NCBI GenBank assembly: GCA_000091205.1
Contig: AP006499.2
Reading direction: 5' to 3' (one strand)
DNA: 64,000 nt
Source of the DNA: Cyanidioschyzon merolae
Taxonomy: Eukaryota
The notes under the pieces are model-generated. The model did no database searches and had not been told where the DNA came from. It saw only the letters and a program-made list of their open reading frames with translations. Below are positions 22,620-33,800 of this stretch, one piece after another (within the stretch, counting starts at the first letter, position 1; every line of letters starts with the position of its first letter). The position numbers and the translations under genes are program-made.

Positions 22620-23999
22620 TCAAAGAATATTCACATACTCGCGAAGCATCGCGGTCAAACTTGGATGACGCAACTTTCGCAGAGCTCGTGACTCAATCAG
22701 GCGAATCGTGTGAACTGGTAACTTGAACCTTGCACTGAGTTCCTCCGCGGAGTGCGGACGTTCGTCATCCGAAATGCCGTACCTCAAACGAAGAATCTCG
22801 CGTTCCTGGAACGGAAGGGTGCGCAACACGCACTCGACATCTTCACGCATACAGCTCCGCTCCAGAGCCTCCTCGGGTGTCTCCTCTGTGGCCTCTATGA
22901 CGCTGCCAATGGAGAGCGGCGCCTCTCCCTGCTGTGCCTTGTAGAGACTCTGGGCCTCAGTGCTTGGTGGCCCCTCTAGACTAAGGGTCTGCGTTTCCCA
23001 GGCGTGTTGCGTGATCTTCTTCAGACGTTTCAGTGTCATATTGCATGCCTCAGCGACTTCCTCGTCCGTTGGTGGTCTCTTCAAAACGTGTTGCAAGCGG
23101 GCCCTCGTCCGATAAATCTGTCGCAATGATTCAGTCACATGATTGGGTAAGCGGATCGTGCGTGAGTGCTCAGACACACACCGCTGGATTGCCTGCCTGA
23201 TCCACCAAGTCGCGTAGGTTGAGAACTTGAAACCTTTGGAGGGATCGAACTTCTCCGCCGCGCGGATGAGGCCAATGGCTCCCTCCTGAATGAGATCGCC
23301 GAGAAAAATGTTATGCTGCCTCTGAAGTCGCACTCGTTCATGAGCGGGCACCTCTATTCCGCTCTTCGTCTTGGACCGCCAGGCAGAGCGCACTACTGCC
23401 CGAGACTTGTAACGATTGGCTATTGCTAGAACTAAACGCAAGTTTGCTGCGACAAGACGTTCACGCGCCCTCCGTCCACGTTCCACCCGCTGCTGGATTT
23501 CCTCTTCGGGCGCATCAACTGCAGCCGCCCACTCTGCGTTTGTAGGCTCACGCCCCAGGGTGTTCCGGAGCTCGTCACGTTGTTTCAACAGCGCGCAGTA
23601 GTCCTGCGTGGCTCGCGACAAACGCGCAACCTCCTCGTCAGAGATGCGGTCCAACTTACAGATCTCTCGGACATAGGCCGTGGCTGCACAGGTCGTCGTG
23701 TGATTCGTTCGACGTCGAGGCTTCTTCGCCGCGCTCGTCGGCTCCTCTAGCTCGTCAACTTCGACCTTCTCAAGATCTTCTTCTTGAGCAAGCACCTTGT
23801 TCTCGTCCTTGATAACAGGAACATTTGGCACCGAAACCAACGTCGACAACGAGCGCAGCGACTCCGGCAAGGACCCCAGCGGGGTAACCTTCATGTGCGG
23901 GGTCATCACTGCGTGGCCCCGCGCAACCCGCGAAACGGGACAGACCCGCGCAGCAACCTGCCGCTTAAGACTCGAGACGCGTGCCCAACTGAGAAACAT
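22620..23999 (-). CDS. Sigma-70 family RNA polymerase sigma factor with an N-terminal extension (nuclear-encoded, plastid-type)
   Basis: Region 2 ([12 protein letters not shown]...[37 protein letters not shown]), region 3 and region 4 ([11 protein letters not shown]...[24 protein letters not shown]) are present. The first ~150 aa are non-conserved, consistent with a targeting peptide. Confidence 0.85.
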   Translation of the reverse strand: MFLSWARVSSLKRQVAARVCPVSRVARGHAVMTPHMKVTPLGSLPESLRSLSTLVSVPNVPVIKDENKVLAQEEDLEKVEVDELEEPTSAAKKPRRRTNHTTTCAATAYVREICKLDRISDEEVARLSRATQDYCALLKQRDELRNTLGREPTNAEWAAAVDAPEEEIQQRVERGRRARERLVAANLRLVLAIANRYKSRAVVRSAWRSKTKSGIEVPAHERVRLQRQHNIFLGDLIQEGAIGLIRAAEKFDPSKGFKFSTYATWWIRQAIQRCVSEHSRTIRLPNHVTESLRQIYRTRARLQHVLKRPPTDEEVAEACNMTLKRLKKITQHAWETQTLSLEGPPSTEAQSLYKAQQGEAPLSIGSVIEATEETPEEALERSCMREDVECVLRTLPFQEREILRLRYGISDDERPHSAEELSARFKLPVHTIRLIESRALRKLRHPSLTAMLREYVNIL

Positions 24000-24435
24000 A
24001 GAGAGGGATACAAAGCAGTCTCCTCGTGAAACGAGGTGTCAGCTGCGTAACCAGGAAGAAACAGGTCCTGCTTGAGCACAGGTCACCGCAACGAGAGTAC
24101 AAAGAACGTTGGCTGAAACCCGCCGCGTGTAGGGCGTGTGCTCGCCCCCGATCTCAACGACGGCGGGGCAACGCAGTGACCTCAGGGCGCGCGCGCGCAC
24201 GCCCCAGGGCGTGGCTGGAGAGCTCGACCGCGGGTGTGGACCCCCGCCGGGGTGCACGCGCCCGAATCCCAGATCAGGGCGGTTGGTTAAGCGGGTGCAC
24301 GCTCGGCGCAGCGCGTCGGGATGCTGCCGTCTGAGTCTTAAAACTGGAATTTATTGGATATTTTGGTCGTGCGTCGGCTTCAGCAGGCGCCGGCGGCCGC
24401 GGCACACCTCAACCATCCCAGATACGGCATCGTGA

Positions 24436-25450
24436 GCGCGCGTCCGATAAAGGTGGAATCCTGAGATGTTCGCTTTGTTCTTGGCTTGCGATTTACGTTA
24501 CGAACGATTCCCAGAGGTACAGCGCCAGCATTCGGATCGCAGCAATAGGGGATGACGGATTCATACGTAGTTTCAGGATGATCGGTCATCGTTTCGAAAT
24601 GGCTCTTTCGAATCTCTTTCAGAGGGAACACGCAACGATACCACACTGAGGATGATCCTCGATGCCCTCGAACAACGGCTCCTAAAATAACCGATCTCAT
24701 CATCCAATGCATACGTACAAGCCTCCACGCCTCTCTTTTCCTCAGGTGCAGCACGATCGAATCACCCATGCCTCAAGGTATCGATCCGTAGGTTATGAGC
24801 GCAATCGTAGGCGCACCAATTTGGACTGCTGCATTACCATGGGGAAACAGTATTCGACATCGCTTCCCTAGGGCTGGCCTGTGACCTCGTTGCGGACGTT
24901 CGCTGAATTTGGCACGTTCAATAGTCGATTCGATTCGATTCGATTCGAATCGAATGACAAATCCGGCTCCATCTGCGGCTATCGACGAAACGGCAATCGA
25001 CTGCAGCACGGGAGGTGCCACGGGGTATGGGCTGCGGGGCTCCCGTGCCTTGCGTTTGCATGGAAATGATCATTGGGTCGGTCTCGGATCGTCCGTTGCG
25101 TTGGCATCCAGCGGATACTGCGTCACTGCGGTGCACGGAAAGCGGGTGCCTGGGTCGATATGTACGGACCTGATCTCCAGCCTGGATTTTCATCCTGGTA
25201 CGTGTTTCTTCCTGATGAACATCGCGTGCCGCAGACCCTCGTCTCGTCGCGAAACAGCGAAGAACAGAGGCTGAATACGATAGAGAAGAAGAAGACAAGC
25301 GAAGCGTAGATCGCAACGACCGCTTGTGCTTGCAATGGATGCACAGCAGCTGGAAGCCGCGTCATTGCGTCGATAACGCTGCTATCAACAATCCTTCGAC
25401 TGCTCAAGATGGAGTTGGTGCAAAAAGGGAGACCAGCAGATTGAAAGCCG
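24436..25450 (+). repeat. Family-X dispersed repeat, direct-repeat copy 1 (~1 kb, no long ORF)
   Basis: About 97% identical to 27750-28765. Starts at 'cgcgtccgataaaggtggaatcctgag'. Contains a (GATTC)n microsatellite at 24925-24955 and the conserved core 'gaagacaagcgaagcgtagatcgcaacgaccg...ccttcgactgctcaagatggag' at 25290-25430. Confidence 0.9.
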
Positions 25451-25860
25451 GAGATTCGAGCGAGGAAAAGGACGGAGTTCCAGATAAAGCACGCAAATGC
25501 TTGTGTTGATCACTGAAAAAGAAAGCGACTCACACCCTATAGTCTCCATCCGTTTTTAGGGAGTTGATCGGTTCGGTTTTCTGTCTGACATGGGTGCAAA
25601 ACCCCAAATATGTGACCTATGCGTTTTGAAAAGCCGACATACTTCACGGCCTCCTGCGGTGTGCAACTGCAGCTGCAGCACCTGCGGCTCGGTATCGCAA
25701 GCGGCATTCTACTCAGAGGCCGCCATGTAACGCGTCGCGGTGCGTCCAGCCGGTGGGCGGTGTCCTGGCTGAGTCGCAGCGCCGGGCGTAGCTGACGTCG
25801 AGTGCGAGCCTGGTGGTAGCCAGCGACTTCCTCCGTACCAGCACGAGGCACTGACAGGTC

Positions 25861-26853
25861 ATGTTCGTGGCACTCGGACCTGCCAAACTAGGCCTTGACC
25901 GGCGGCTTGGAGCCCCTCGAGTTTCAAACCGGTTGAGGACGTTAAGGCTGTCGTTCGCGGAACGCGTGGAGCGCAGCTTGCGGAGAAAGTTTCCTGCCGA
26001 CTCGGTCGCCCGTGTAATCCAAGCTTGGCGACAAATTCAAAGAGGCGAGATGCTTCGCGAGGATCAGAGGGAGGCACATAGCTATATTCGAGGACTTCGC
26101 ACTGCCAGGTTTTTTGATAACGCCGAGTTTCCCTGGGCGGCTGCTCTCGAGAGGAACTGGGAGACCATCCGCGACGAACTGCGGCACTGGGAAACGCGAC
26201 GCCAGGAGCTCGAGGCGCTTGGCTCGCAAGTTTGGGTTACTGCAGCTCGAGCGGAGGCCGTTGCCTATGGCCCGGACTGGCGCACCCTGGTTCTGCAGGA
26301 TAGACGCTGGCATGACGACAACTGCAAGCTCTTCACCAAAACGACAAGAATTATTCGGGATTGCGGTGTGCCGTCAGTCGAGGCTTTTTTTGCCAGGCAA
26401 GCACCCCAGAGCGGCATCAAGCTTCATTCTGACGGATGCAACTTTATTTTGACAGCGCATTTGGCACTTCAGGCACCGCCACGACAGTCATGGATTGCAG
26501 TTGGCGGCGAGCGCCGTTTCTGGGAAGACGGGAAGGTGCTCATTTTCGATACCAGCTATCTCCATGAAACATATAACGAGAGTCAAGACTCTGATCGGTA
26601 CGTTCTTTTGTTGCGTTTCTGGCATCCTGAAACAACTAGAGTAGAGCGCGAGGCCTTGCAGTACATTTTTGACGTGGTCGACAACCCGTCGTGGGTCGAT
26701 CGAGACCTGAATGATCTGGGAGCAGGTCTCGATTCCTCGCTCGTAGAAGATTGGATACAGCGTCCGAATAGGAAGGCGCGGCGTGGCACCGGCGGCAAAG
26801 ACCGCAAGGACCGCACGTTAAATCCGCCCAGGGGTTTCGGTCGCTCGGAATGA
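25861..26853 (+). CDS. Aspartyl/asparaginyl beta-hydroxylase-family (2OG-Fe(II) oxygenase, cupin) protein
   Basis: The FFDNAEFPW...LERNWETIRDEL block and the ...IKLHSDGCNFILTAHLAL... His/Asp metal-site region resemble the Asp/Asn beta-hydroxylase family. The gene lies between the two family-X direct repeats. Confidence 0.6.
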   Translation: MFVALGPAKLGLDRRLGAPRVSNRLRTLRLSFAERVERSLRRKFPADSVARVIQAWRQIQRGEMLREDQREAHSYIRGLRTARFFDNAEFPWAAALERNWETIRDELRHWETRRQELEALGSQVWVTAARAEAVAYGPDWRTLVLQDRRWHDDNCKLFTKTTRIIRDCGVPSVEAFFARQAPQSGIKLHSDGCNFILTAHLALQAPPRQSWIAVGGERRFWEDGKVLIFDTSYLHETYNESQDSDRYVLLLRFWHPETTRVEREALQYIFDVVDNPSWVDRDLNDLGAGLDSSLVEDWIQRPNRKARRGTGGKDRKDRTLNPPRGFGRSE

Positions 26854-27749
26854 TGATGCCTTGGCTTCTCCGAGGCTGTGCCATTCAAGCGCTTGCGCGT
26901 TCGCGATCGACATTGGGTGCTCTTAGAATTTTCCAAGACATATTGTTTCTGAACTTGGCGTGCACAGAGGGTCAGCCTGGTGATTTCCAAACGTAACGTG
27001 GTTTCGCACGGGGAGTACTGCTCGACGAGCACGTCCCGCGAGGACTAGCGAGACACGCGACGACGCCAAAGGTGTATTACCGCTCCCAGTCTGGATTGCT
27101 TTTCGTGGATAGCCCAGAGCTTTACCCGGGAGCAAAGGACAACAAAAGAGCAGCGTACATGCCTGTATTAGCATCACTCGATCATGTGGCACAGGAGCCG
27201 GTTCAACTGCTAGCAACATGCGTTCACTCAAGGAAACATTCGACTGTAAACGAAAGCAGCAAGCTGTTTTGAGTCTCTTCTCGAATGCGGCAACATGGCG
27301 CTTAGCATTCAGTATTCCCTTTTCCAGGATGTCGAGCTATGGTTTCAGCGTCTGTGCATCTTGTGTTGCATATTAGCTGACATCGATGCGAGTCGTAAGA
27401 GCAAGTTGCAGAACAGCTACAAGCTCTGTTCACGAACAGGTCCATGTGTGGCGCTGGGCAAGCTCATTCGCGGGATTTTGATCAGCACTAGAGCGACAGC
27501 GATCTCAGGGTTGTGCAGTACATCACTTTCGCATGATCGACTTGATTGAATGTCAGCTTCGAGCGGCACGTTTTCAGTAATGGCTTCCAAGGGCATCTTC
27601 TGGAGCCCGGCTTCAGTGCATGATGCGCCACCTTTTCACTCTCGTGTGCAGGGCGTGCTGTGGGAAAATACATTGTACGGAAATCGATTGATTTGCGATG
27701 TAATCATGGCTCCGTGATGGTTCCAGCTGGCACCACCAGCTCATTCCGC

Positions 27750-28765
27750 AATACCCGCGTCCGATAAAGGTGGAATCCTGAGATGTTCGCTTTGCTCTTG
27801 GCTTGCGATTTACGTTACGAACGATTCCCAGAGGTACAGCGCCAGCATTCGGATCGCAGCAATAGGGGATGACGGATTCATACGTAGTTTCAGGATGATC
27901 GGTCATCGTTTCGAAATGGCTCTTTCGAATCTCTTTCAGAGGGAACACGCAACGATACCACACTGAGGATGATCCTCGATGACCTCGAATAACGGCTCCT
28001 AAAATAACCGATCTCATCATCCAATGCATACGTACAAGCCTCCACGCCTCTCTTTTCCTCAGGTGCAGCACGATCGAATCACCCATGCCTCAAGGTATCG
28101 ATCCGTAGGTTATGAGCGCAATCGTAGGCGCACCAATTTGGACTGCTGCATTGCCATGGGGAAACAGTATTCGACATCGCTTCCCTAGGGCTGGCCTGCG
28201 ACCTCGTTGCGGACGTTCGCTGAATTTGGCACGTTCAATAGTCGATTCGATTCGATTCGATTCGAATGACAAATCCGGCTCCATCTGCGGCTATCGACGA
28301 AACGGCAATCGACTGCAGCACGGGAGGTGCCACGGGGTATGCGCTGCGGGGCTCCCGTGCCTTGCGTTTGCATGGAAATGATCATTGGGTCGGTCTCGGA
28401 TCGTCCGTTGCGTTGGCATCCAGCGGATACTGCGTCACTGCGGTGCACGGAAAGCGGGTGCCTGGGTCGATATGTACGGACCTGATCTCCAGCCTGGATT
28501 TTCATCCTGGTACGTGTTTCTTCCTAATGAACATCGCGTGCCGCAGACCCTCGTCTCGTCGCGAAACAGCGAAGTACAGAGGCTGAAGACGATAGAGAAG
28601 AAGAAGACAAGCGAAGCGTAGATCGCAACGACCGCTTGTGCTTGCAATGGATGCACAGCAGCTGGAAGCCGCGTCATTTCGTCGATAACGCTGCTATCAA
28701 CAATCCTTCGACTGCTCAAGATGGAGTTGGAGCGAAAAGAGAGACTTGCGTATCAAGAGCCGGCG
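27750..28765 (+). repeat. Family-X dispersed repeat, direct-repeat copy 2
   Basis: Near-identical to 24436-25450 and carries the same ORF artefacts in the track. Differences are a shorter (GATTC)n at 28234-28257 and a more diverged final ~40 bp. Confidence 0.9.
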
Positions 28766-30109
28766 ATAAGTCGTAGGAGAAAGATGCATTCGCAGGAAAA
28801 CCAGCAAACGCTGGTCTTCATAGCGCTTGGAGTAGACCGAAACTTGTGAATATATGCTCCCGCTCGAAACGCGGACCTGGTTCTTTTTTATTTTGGAGTG
28901 GGTGTAGAACCATGTCAAGATAAGAGTATCTGCGATCAAGTCACGCTGGCGCTCGCTCTTCGATATTCGCAGGCGGAGGCCTTGGCGGCTGCTATCAGAA
29001 TGCCATCCATAACCGGGTCGAGCTCCGTTTTCCCTGTTTCCGAGCATTTCCGCCTATTGTAACACTTTAAAGTCAGTTGATCATCTGAGGCACGAGTTGT
29101 CAAACCATTGGTTCAAAGATCAGCCCCGACCGAAGCGGGCCTGCTCAGCATCTCTGGCAGGCTCATAGCCCTTTGGGCGCTCCGGTAGCCGCTCGAGATG
29201 TAGAGATTCAGCACCAAGTCACCGGGACGTCGTTCAGCGCATATTCTGGTGCCCCGAACAGCGGTTTTTGCCGCGTGATATCGCGGAAACGAGGCAAAAC
29301 TTCCCGAATGCGCAAGCGGGAATCGCAACCTGCTAAAGACCGAAGTTACTCACCAGGTGTGATAACATTCCCCGCAAATCCAATATCAAGTTCTATGCTC
29401 GAATAAAGGCCTCATCGATCCAGCAAGCCACCAGAACCGAGCGCTACTGGTGGTGCACCCTGCGACGTCGGATGCGTCGCCGCCGCGGTACCATTACCGA
29501 GATGGAACCGCGTTGCAGTCCGTAATCGGTCATCGGTTCGAGGTCGTCTAGCCAGCGATTGCATAGTGTCTGTTCACGGTTTAGAGTTACGACGATTCGT
29601 TGACGAGGCGCGCAGCCCATGTTGCCGCTTCTGTGCATGCATCGACCCAGCTCAAGATTGACTCCGGGGACACCCTGCATAGACTCGGAAGGCGAAAATT
29701 CATACCTACGCTTTGGAGACGAATGCACAGTCGGAGACAATTCGAGACAGGCACGCGCACTCTCCGCCGCATGAAAGCTACCAAGCGGCTCGCTTGTGTC
29801 CGAGCCTAACGTCGTGCGAGAAGACGGTGCAGTGTACCTGGCCAACACCACGCCATCATTTCAGCTATGGGTAGCTCGCTTTAAATCTGCATGATTTGGG
29901 CATCGTATACGCCACCAGTCTCGAGCAGTACACACCAGGGATGATAGAGCGCCTCATGATCTGACAGAATGATTAGCAACATCGCGGATGCACGCTGCAG
30001 AAGACCATGCGATCGACAGCTGCGAGGCCGTCCTCGGTACGCATCGATTGTGCACCGACACGCTGCCCAGACGCACGGAATCGCGGTAGCCCAGCAACGT
30101 GCATCTTCA

Positions 30110-30400
30110 AACTATATCTTTCTGAACTTTATGGTTAAAATATCCAACAATATACCCCAAATGCTCGCGGACAGCGTTCGCAGAGGCAATACCCGATGAA
30201 CAGAAATATCACTAAAATATACTTTCCTCCACCTTATGGGAAAGAGTGTACCAACATTCCGACTCGATATGCGCGCGGACAGCGTCCCCCGGAGGCGATT
30301 CCCGATGAACAGGTACATCACAAAAATATACATTCCAGAACTTTATGGAAAAGTATACCCAGAATTGGACTCCAAATGCGCGCGCAATCGATCCAGCGGG
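30110..30400. repeat. Imperfect tandem repeat, ~110-bp unit x ~2.6, 400 bp upstream of the CHD gene
   Basis: Units share 'ctttatgg..aaa...tacc.a.a.t...ctc.a.atgcgcgcggacagcgt.c.c.gaggc.attcccgatgaacag..a.atcac.aaaatata..ttc'. Confidence 0.6.
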
Positions 30401-30801
30401 CCAATGCTGCGTGCTGAGCAAGCAGACGCGTACGCGTCGCCAGAAGCGCCCCGTGCCTGCCCGCGATCCAGCGGCTGCCAGCAGCAGCTCCAGCACCGAA
30501 ACGTAAATCGCGCGCCTCCACACGCGCCAGTAGAGGCAGGTGTAGCCATCGGCGATGAGCCGGCGCGCGCTGTTCAGATGCCGCGCTCCAGCACTAGCCG
30601 GCAGCAAACGCGCTTGCAACGACAACAAGTATGCGAATATGGTCAATGCGCGATCATGGCTGCTGGCCCCCCACGGGGAACAACACGGAGCCGGCGGTTG
30701 CGCGCTAGACGTGACACGGGAACGCAGCGCCTCTGTCGTCGGCGGTGTGTTTGGAATTGGTGTTCGTGAACTTTGGCAAGTTGACGGCTTGAAAGAGAGC
30801 G

Positions 30802-33800
30802 TTGGGCTGCATGGGGCTTCAGCTGGAACACACTGGGAGACGTTTGCGAGGTGACTCAGCACGTCAGTCGAAACGCTCGCGCTCGGAGTCGTCCTCCGGA
30901 ACCGATGCGCTCAGTGAAGCTAGTTCGTGGTTGCGCGATGAGAGCAGCGGGCTCTATCCTGAAGCAGAGGGTGTTCGTCGACAACCGAGGCGCAGTGCGC
31001 GGGCTAGCCGCTCGATGCGTGTTGAGTCTAGCGCTTCGGAGCAGAGTGATGAGGCTCTGTACCTGAGTGATTCGTCGACGAGCTCGCAGTCTTCGACTGG
31101 AGCCGATAGCGAAGCGTGCGTGCCGCGAGCAAAGCGTCGTCGTGAAGCGCGAGGCTCGGAGGCAACCCGCTCCAGCCGAGGGGAGGTTGAAGAGGTTTCC
31201 GATGCACACACTCCGAGAACACCCGGCGATCAGGGTGCTTCGTTGGACTCGTACCCAATGGAGCGCATCCTTGCGCGGCGTGTACGCCATATGACCCTGG
31301 AAGAGGCGGCTGAGATGAACTCGAGTTTGTCACCAGCGTCGAAAGTCTCTGCTGGCGCCGAAGAGCGTTCGCCTGCAGAGGGCTCGGGCGACCGCGGTCG
31401 TCTGCGTACCCCCATGGTAGAGGAGTACCTGATCAAGTTTAGGGGACTCTCCTATATACATTGCCAGTGGGTCCGGGAGGATTTTATTCTGGCGCAGCCC
31501 AGTGGGAAGCAGCGTCTCCAGCGGTTTCTGAGCAAAGAACAACAAGAGGCTGCATACCGAGGTGTCCGAGGTGTCCTGGGATCGGCCTCCGATGCTGAGG
31601 ATCACGATGAGGAGGACGAAGCAATTCCCGAAGACTTCGTCACGGTGGATCGAATCATAGCCGAACACGTGGGCCCCGACGGCACACGGCAGTTCCTCGT
31701 CAAGTGGTGCTCGCTCGGCTACGATGAGTGTACCTGGGAATACGAGCACGAAGTCCAGGACGATCTCAAAATCAAGGAATTTTACGAGCGGAATACGCTG
31801 CCACCGGAAAGCGAGCGAAAACGGCCACCACGGCCAAACCCAGCAAGCTTCGTGAGGCTCTCGAATCCATCCTTTAAAAATGGAGGCGAGCTACGCGAGT
31901 ACCAGCTCGAGGGCCTCAACTGGCTGGTGCATTGCTGGTTCAAACGTCAGGGGTCCATTCTGGCCGATGAAATGGGCCTGGGCAAGACCATTCAAGCTGT
32001 ATCATTCCTAGACTATCTCTACAGGGAACAGCACCTTCGGGGTCCTTTCCTGGTTGTCGCGCCTCTATCCACATTGGGACATTGGAAGCGAGAGTTTGAA
32101 ACCTGGACTCACATGAATGCAATCGTCTTCCACGGCAACGTCAGAGCGCGTGATGTAATTCTGCAGTATGAATGGACCTATGCGGGCATGAGCGTCAGAT
32201 CAGGCCTTTTTAAGTGGCATGTTCTCATTACGACGTATGAGATTATCTTGCAAGAAGCTAATCGCCTGCGGGGAATACCCTGGGCTGTCATCGTCGTGGA
32301 CGAAGCGCACCGACTGAAGAACCGACAGTCCAAGCTGTTCGACGAGCTGCTTGGCTTCCGTTCCGAACATCGGGTACTGCTCACCGGAACGCCGCTCCAG
32401 AACAATTCGCTGGAGCTCTTCTCGCTGCTCCATTTTCTAGAGCCAGCAAAATTCCCGAACGAGAAAGAGTTCCAACAAGCCTACGGAGATATTCGTGACG
32501 CCGAGGCTGTCGAGAACCTGAAAGCGTTACTGCGACCGTATCTCCTGCGCCGGATGAAGGAGGATGTTGAGAAAGCGATACCGCCCAAGGAAGAGACGCT
32601 CATAAGTGTCGAGTTAACTCGAATTCAAAAGCAGTGGTATCGAGCGCTGTACGAGCAGAACTTTGCTTTCCTCGAACAAGGCGGCAAGCGCAATAATGTT
32701 GGTAATCTGCGCAACATTGTGATGGAGCTTCGCAAGTGTTGCAACCATCCGTATCTCATTCGTGGTGTCGAGGAGATCGAAACACAATCACTCGCTGCCT
32801 TAGGTGAAGATGCACTGATGCGACACTTGGTGGAAGCATCTGGGAAGCTGGTGCTTGTCGACAAGTTGCTGCCTGTACTGCGCGAAAAAGGGCATCGCGT
32901 GCTTATCTTCTCGCAAATGATTCGCGTTTTGGATATACTGGAGGACTATCTCCACTGGCGGGGATATAAGTTTGAACGACTGGATGGCCGGGTCCGCGGA
33001 AACGATCGCCAGCAGTCCATTGATCGCTTCCAAAAGGACCCGGAAAATTTCGTGTTCCTGCTCTGCACTCGTGCTGGTGGACAGGGCATCAATCTAACCG
33101 TTGCCGACACTGTGATTATTTTTGATAGTGACTGGAATCCGCAAAATGATGTACAAGCACAGGCGCGCTGTCATCGTATCGGGCAAGAACGCGACGTGAA
33201 AGTATATCGCCTCATTACGCGCGGCACGTACGAGGAAGAGATGTTCGATCGAGCGAGCAAAAAGCTCGGACTCGACCAAGCAGTGCTGCAGAACATGGGT
33301 GTCGACCAGGGCGGCAGCGGCAACATGCTCTCCACCATGGGCCGCGATGATATCAATCGCCTCTTACGACGTGGTGCCTATGATGTATTTAACGAAGACG
33401 ACTCGGCAGCTGACGCATTCACTGCTGAAAATATAGAGAATATCATGGCGCGACGTACCAAGACGATCAAGACTGGTGGCGCAGGCGACGTTGGACCGTC
33501 AGCGTTTTCCAAGGCAACTTTCACGGCGGATGCTGATGGGATGTTTGGCGATGAAACTTGGCTGAATGACAAAGAATTCTGGAAGAAACTGATGCCACTA
33601 GCGGCCTCTGCACCGAACCCCGATATCATCTATGAACCGCGTCGCCGGCGACAAGTTCAGCGCTTCCAGCCGGGCGAAAACTCTGATGAGGAGAGCGGCG
33701 AACACGAGTCCGACAGCGATGAAGCCGACTTGTCCGAGGACAAACTCGGACCCGATGGTCGGAAACTCTGGAACAAGTCCGAGCGACATCGATTTCATCG

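Noticed and set aside
22620-23999. Sigma-70 factor as evidence that the window is bacterial or plastid DNA
   Set aside because: Flanking genes are unmistakably eukaryotic nuclear: Hsp90-MEEVD, proteasome alpha-5, a CHD remodeler, WDR33 and Sec63. The nearby tRNA has a eukaryotic-type intron and Pol III T-run. The sigma factor has a long N-terminal presequence. It is therefore interpreted as a nuclear gene for a plastid protein.
24925-24955. Short palindromic repeats (GATTC)n/(GAATC)n as a CRISPR-like array
   Set aside because: The 5-bp unit is a simple microsatellite with no spacers. It lies inside a dispersed eukaryotic repeat, and no cas genes or repeat-spacer periodicity are present.
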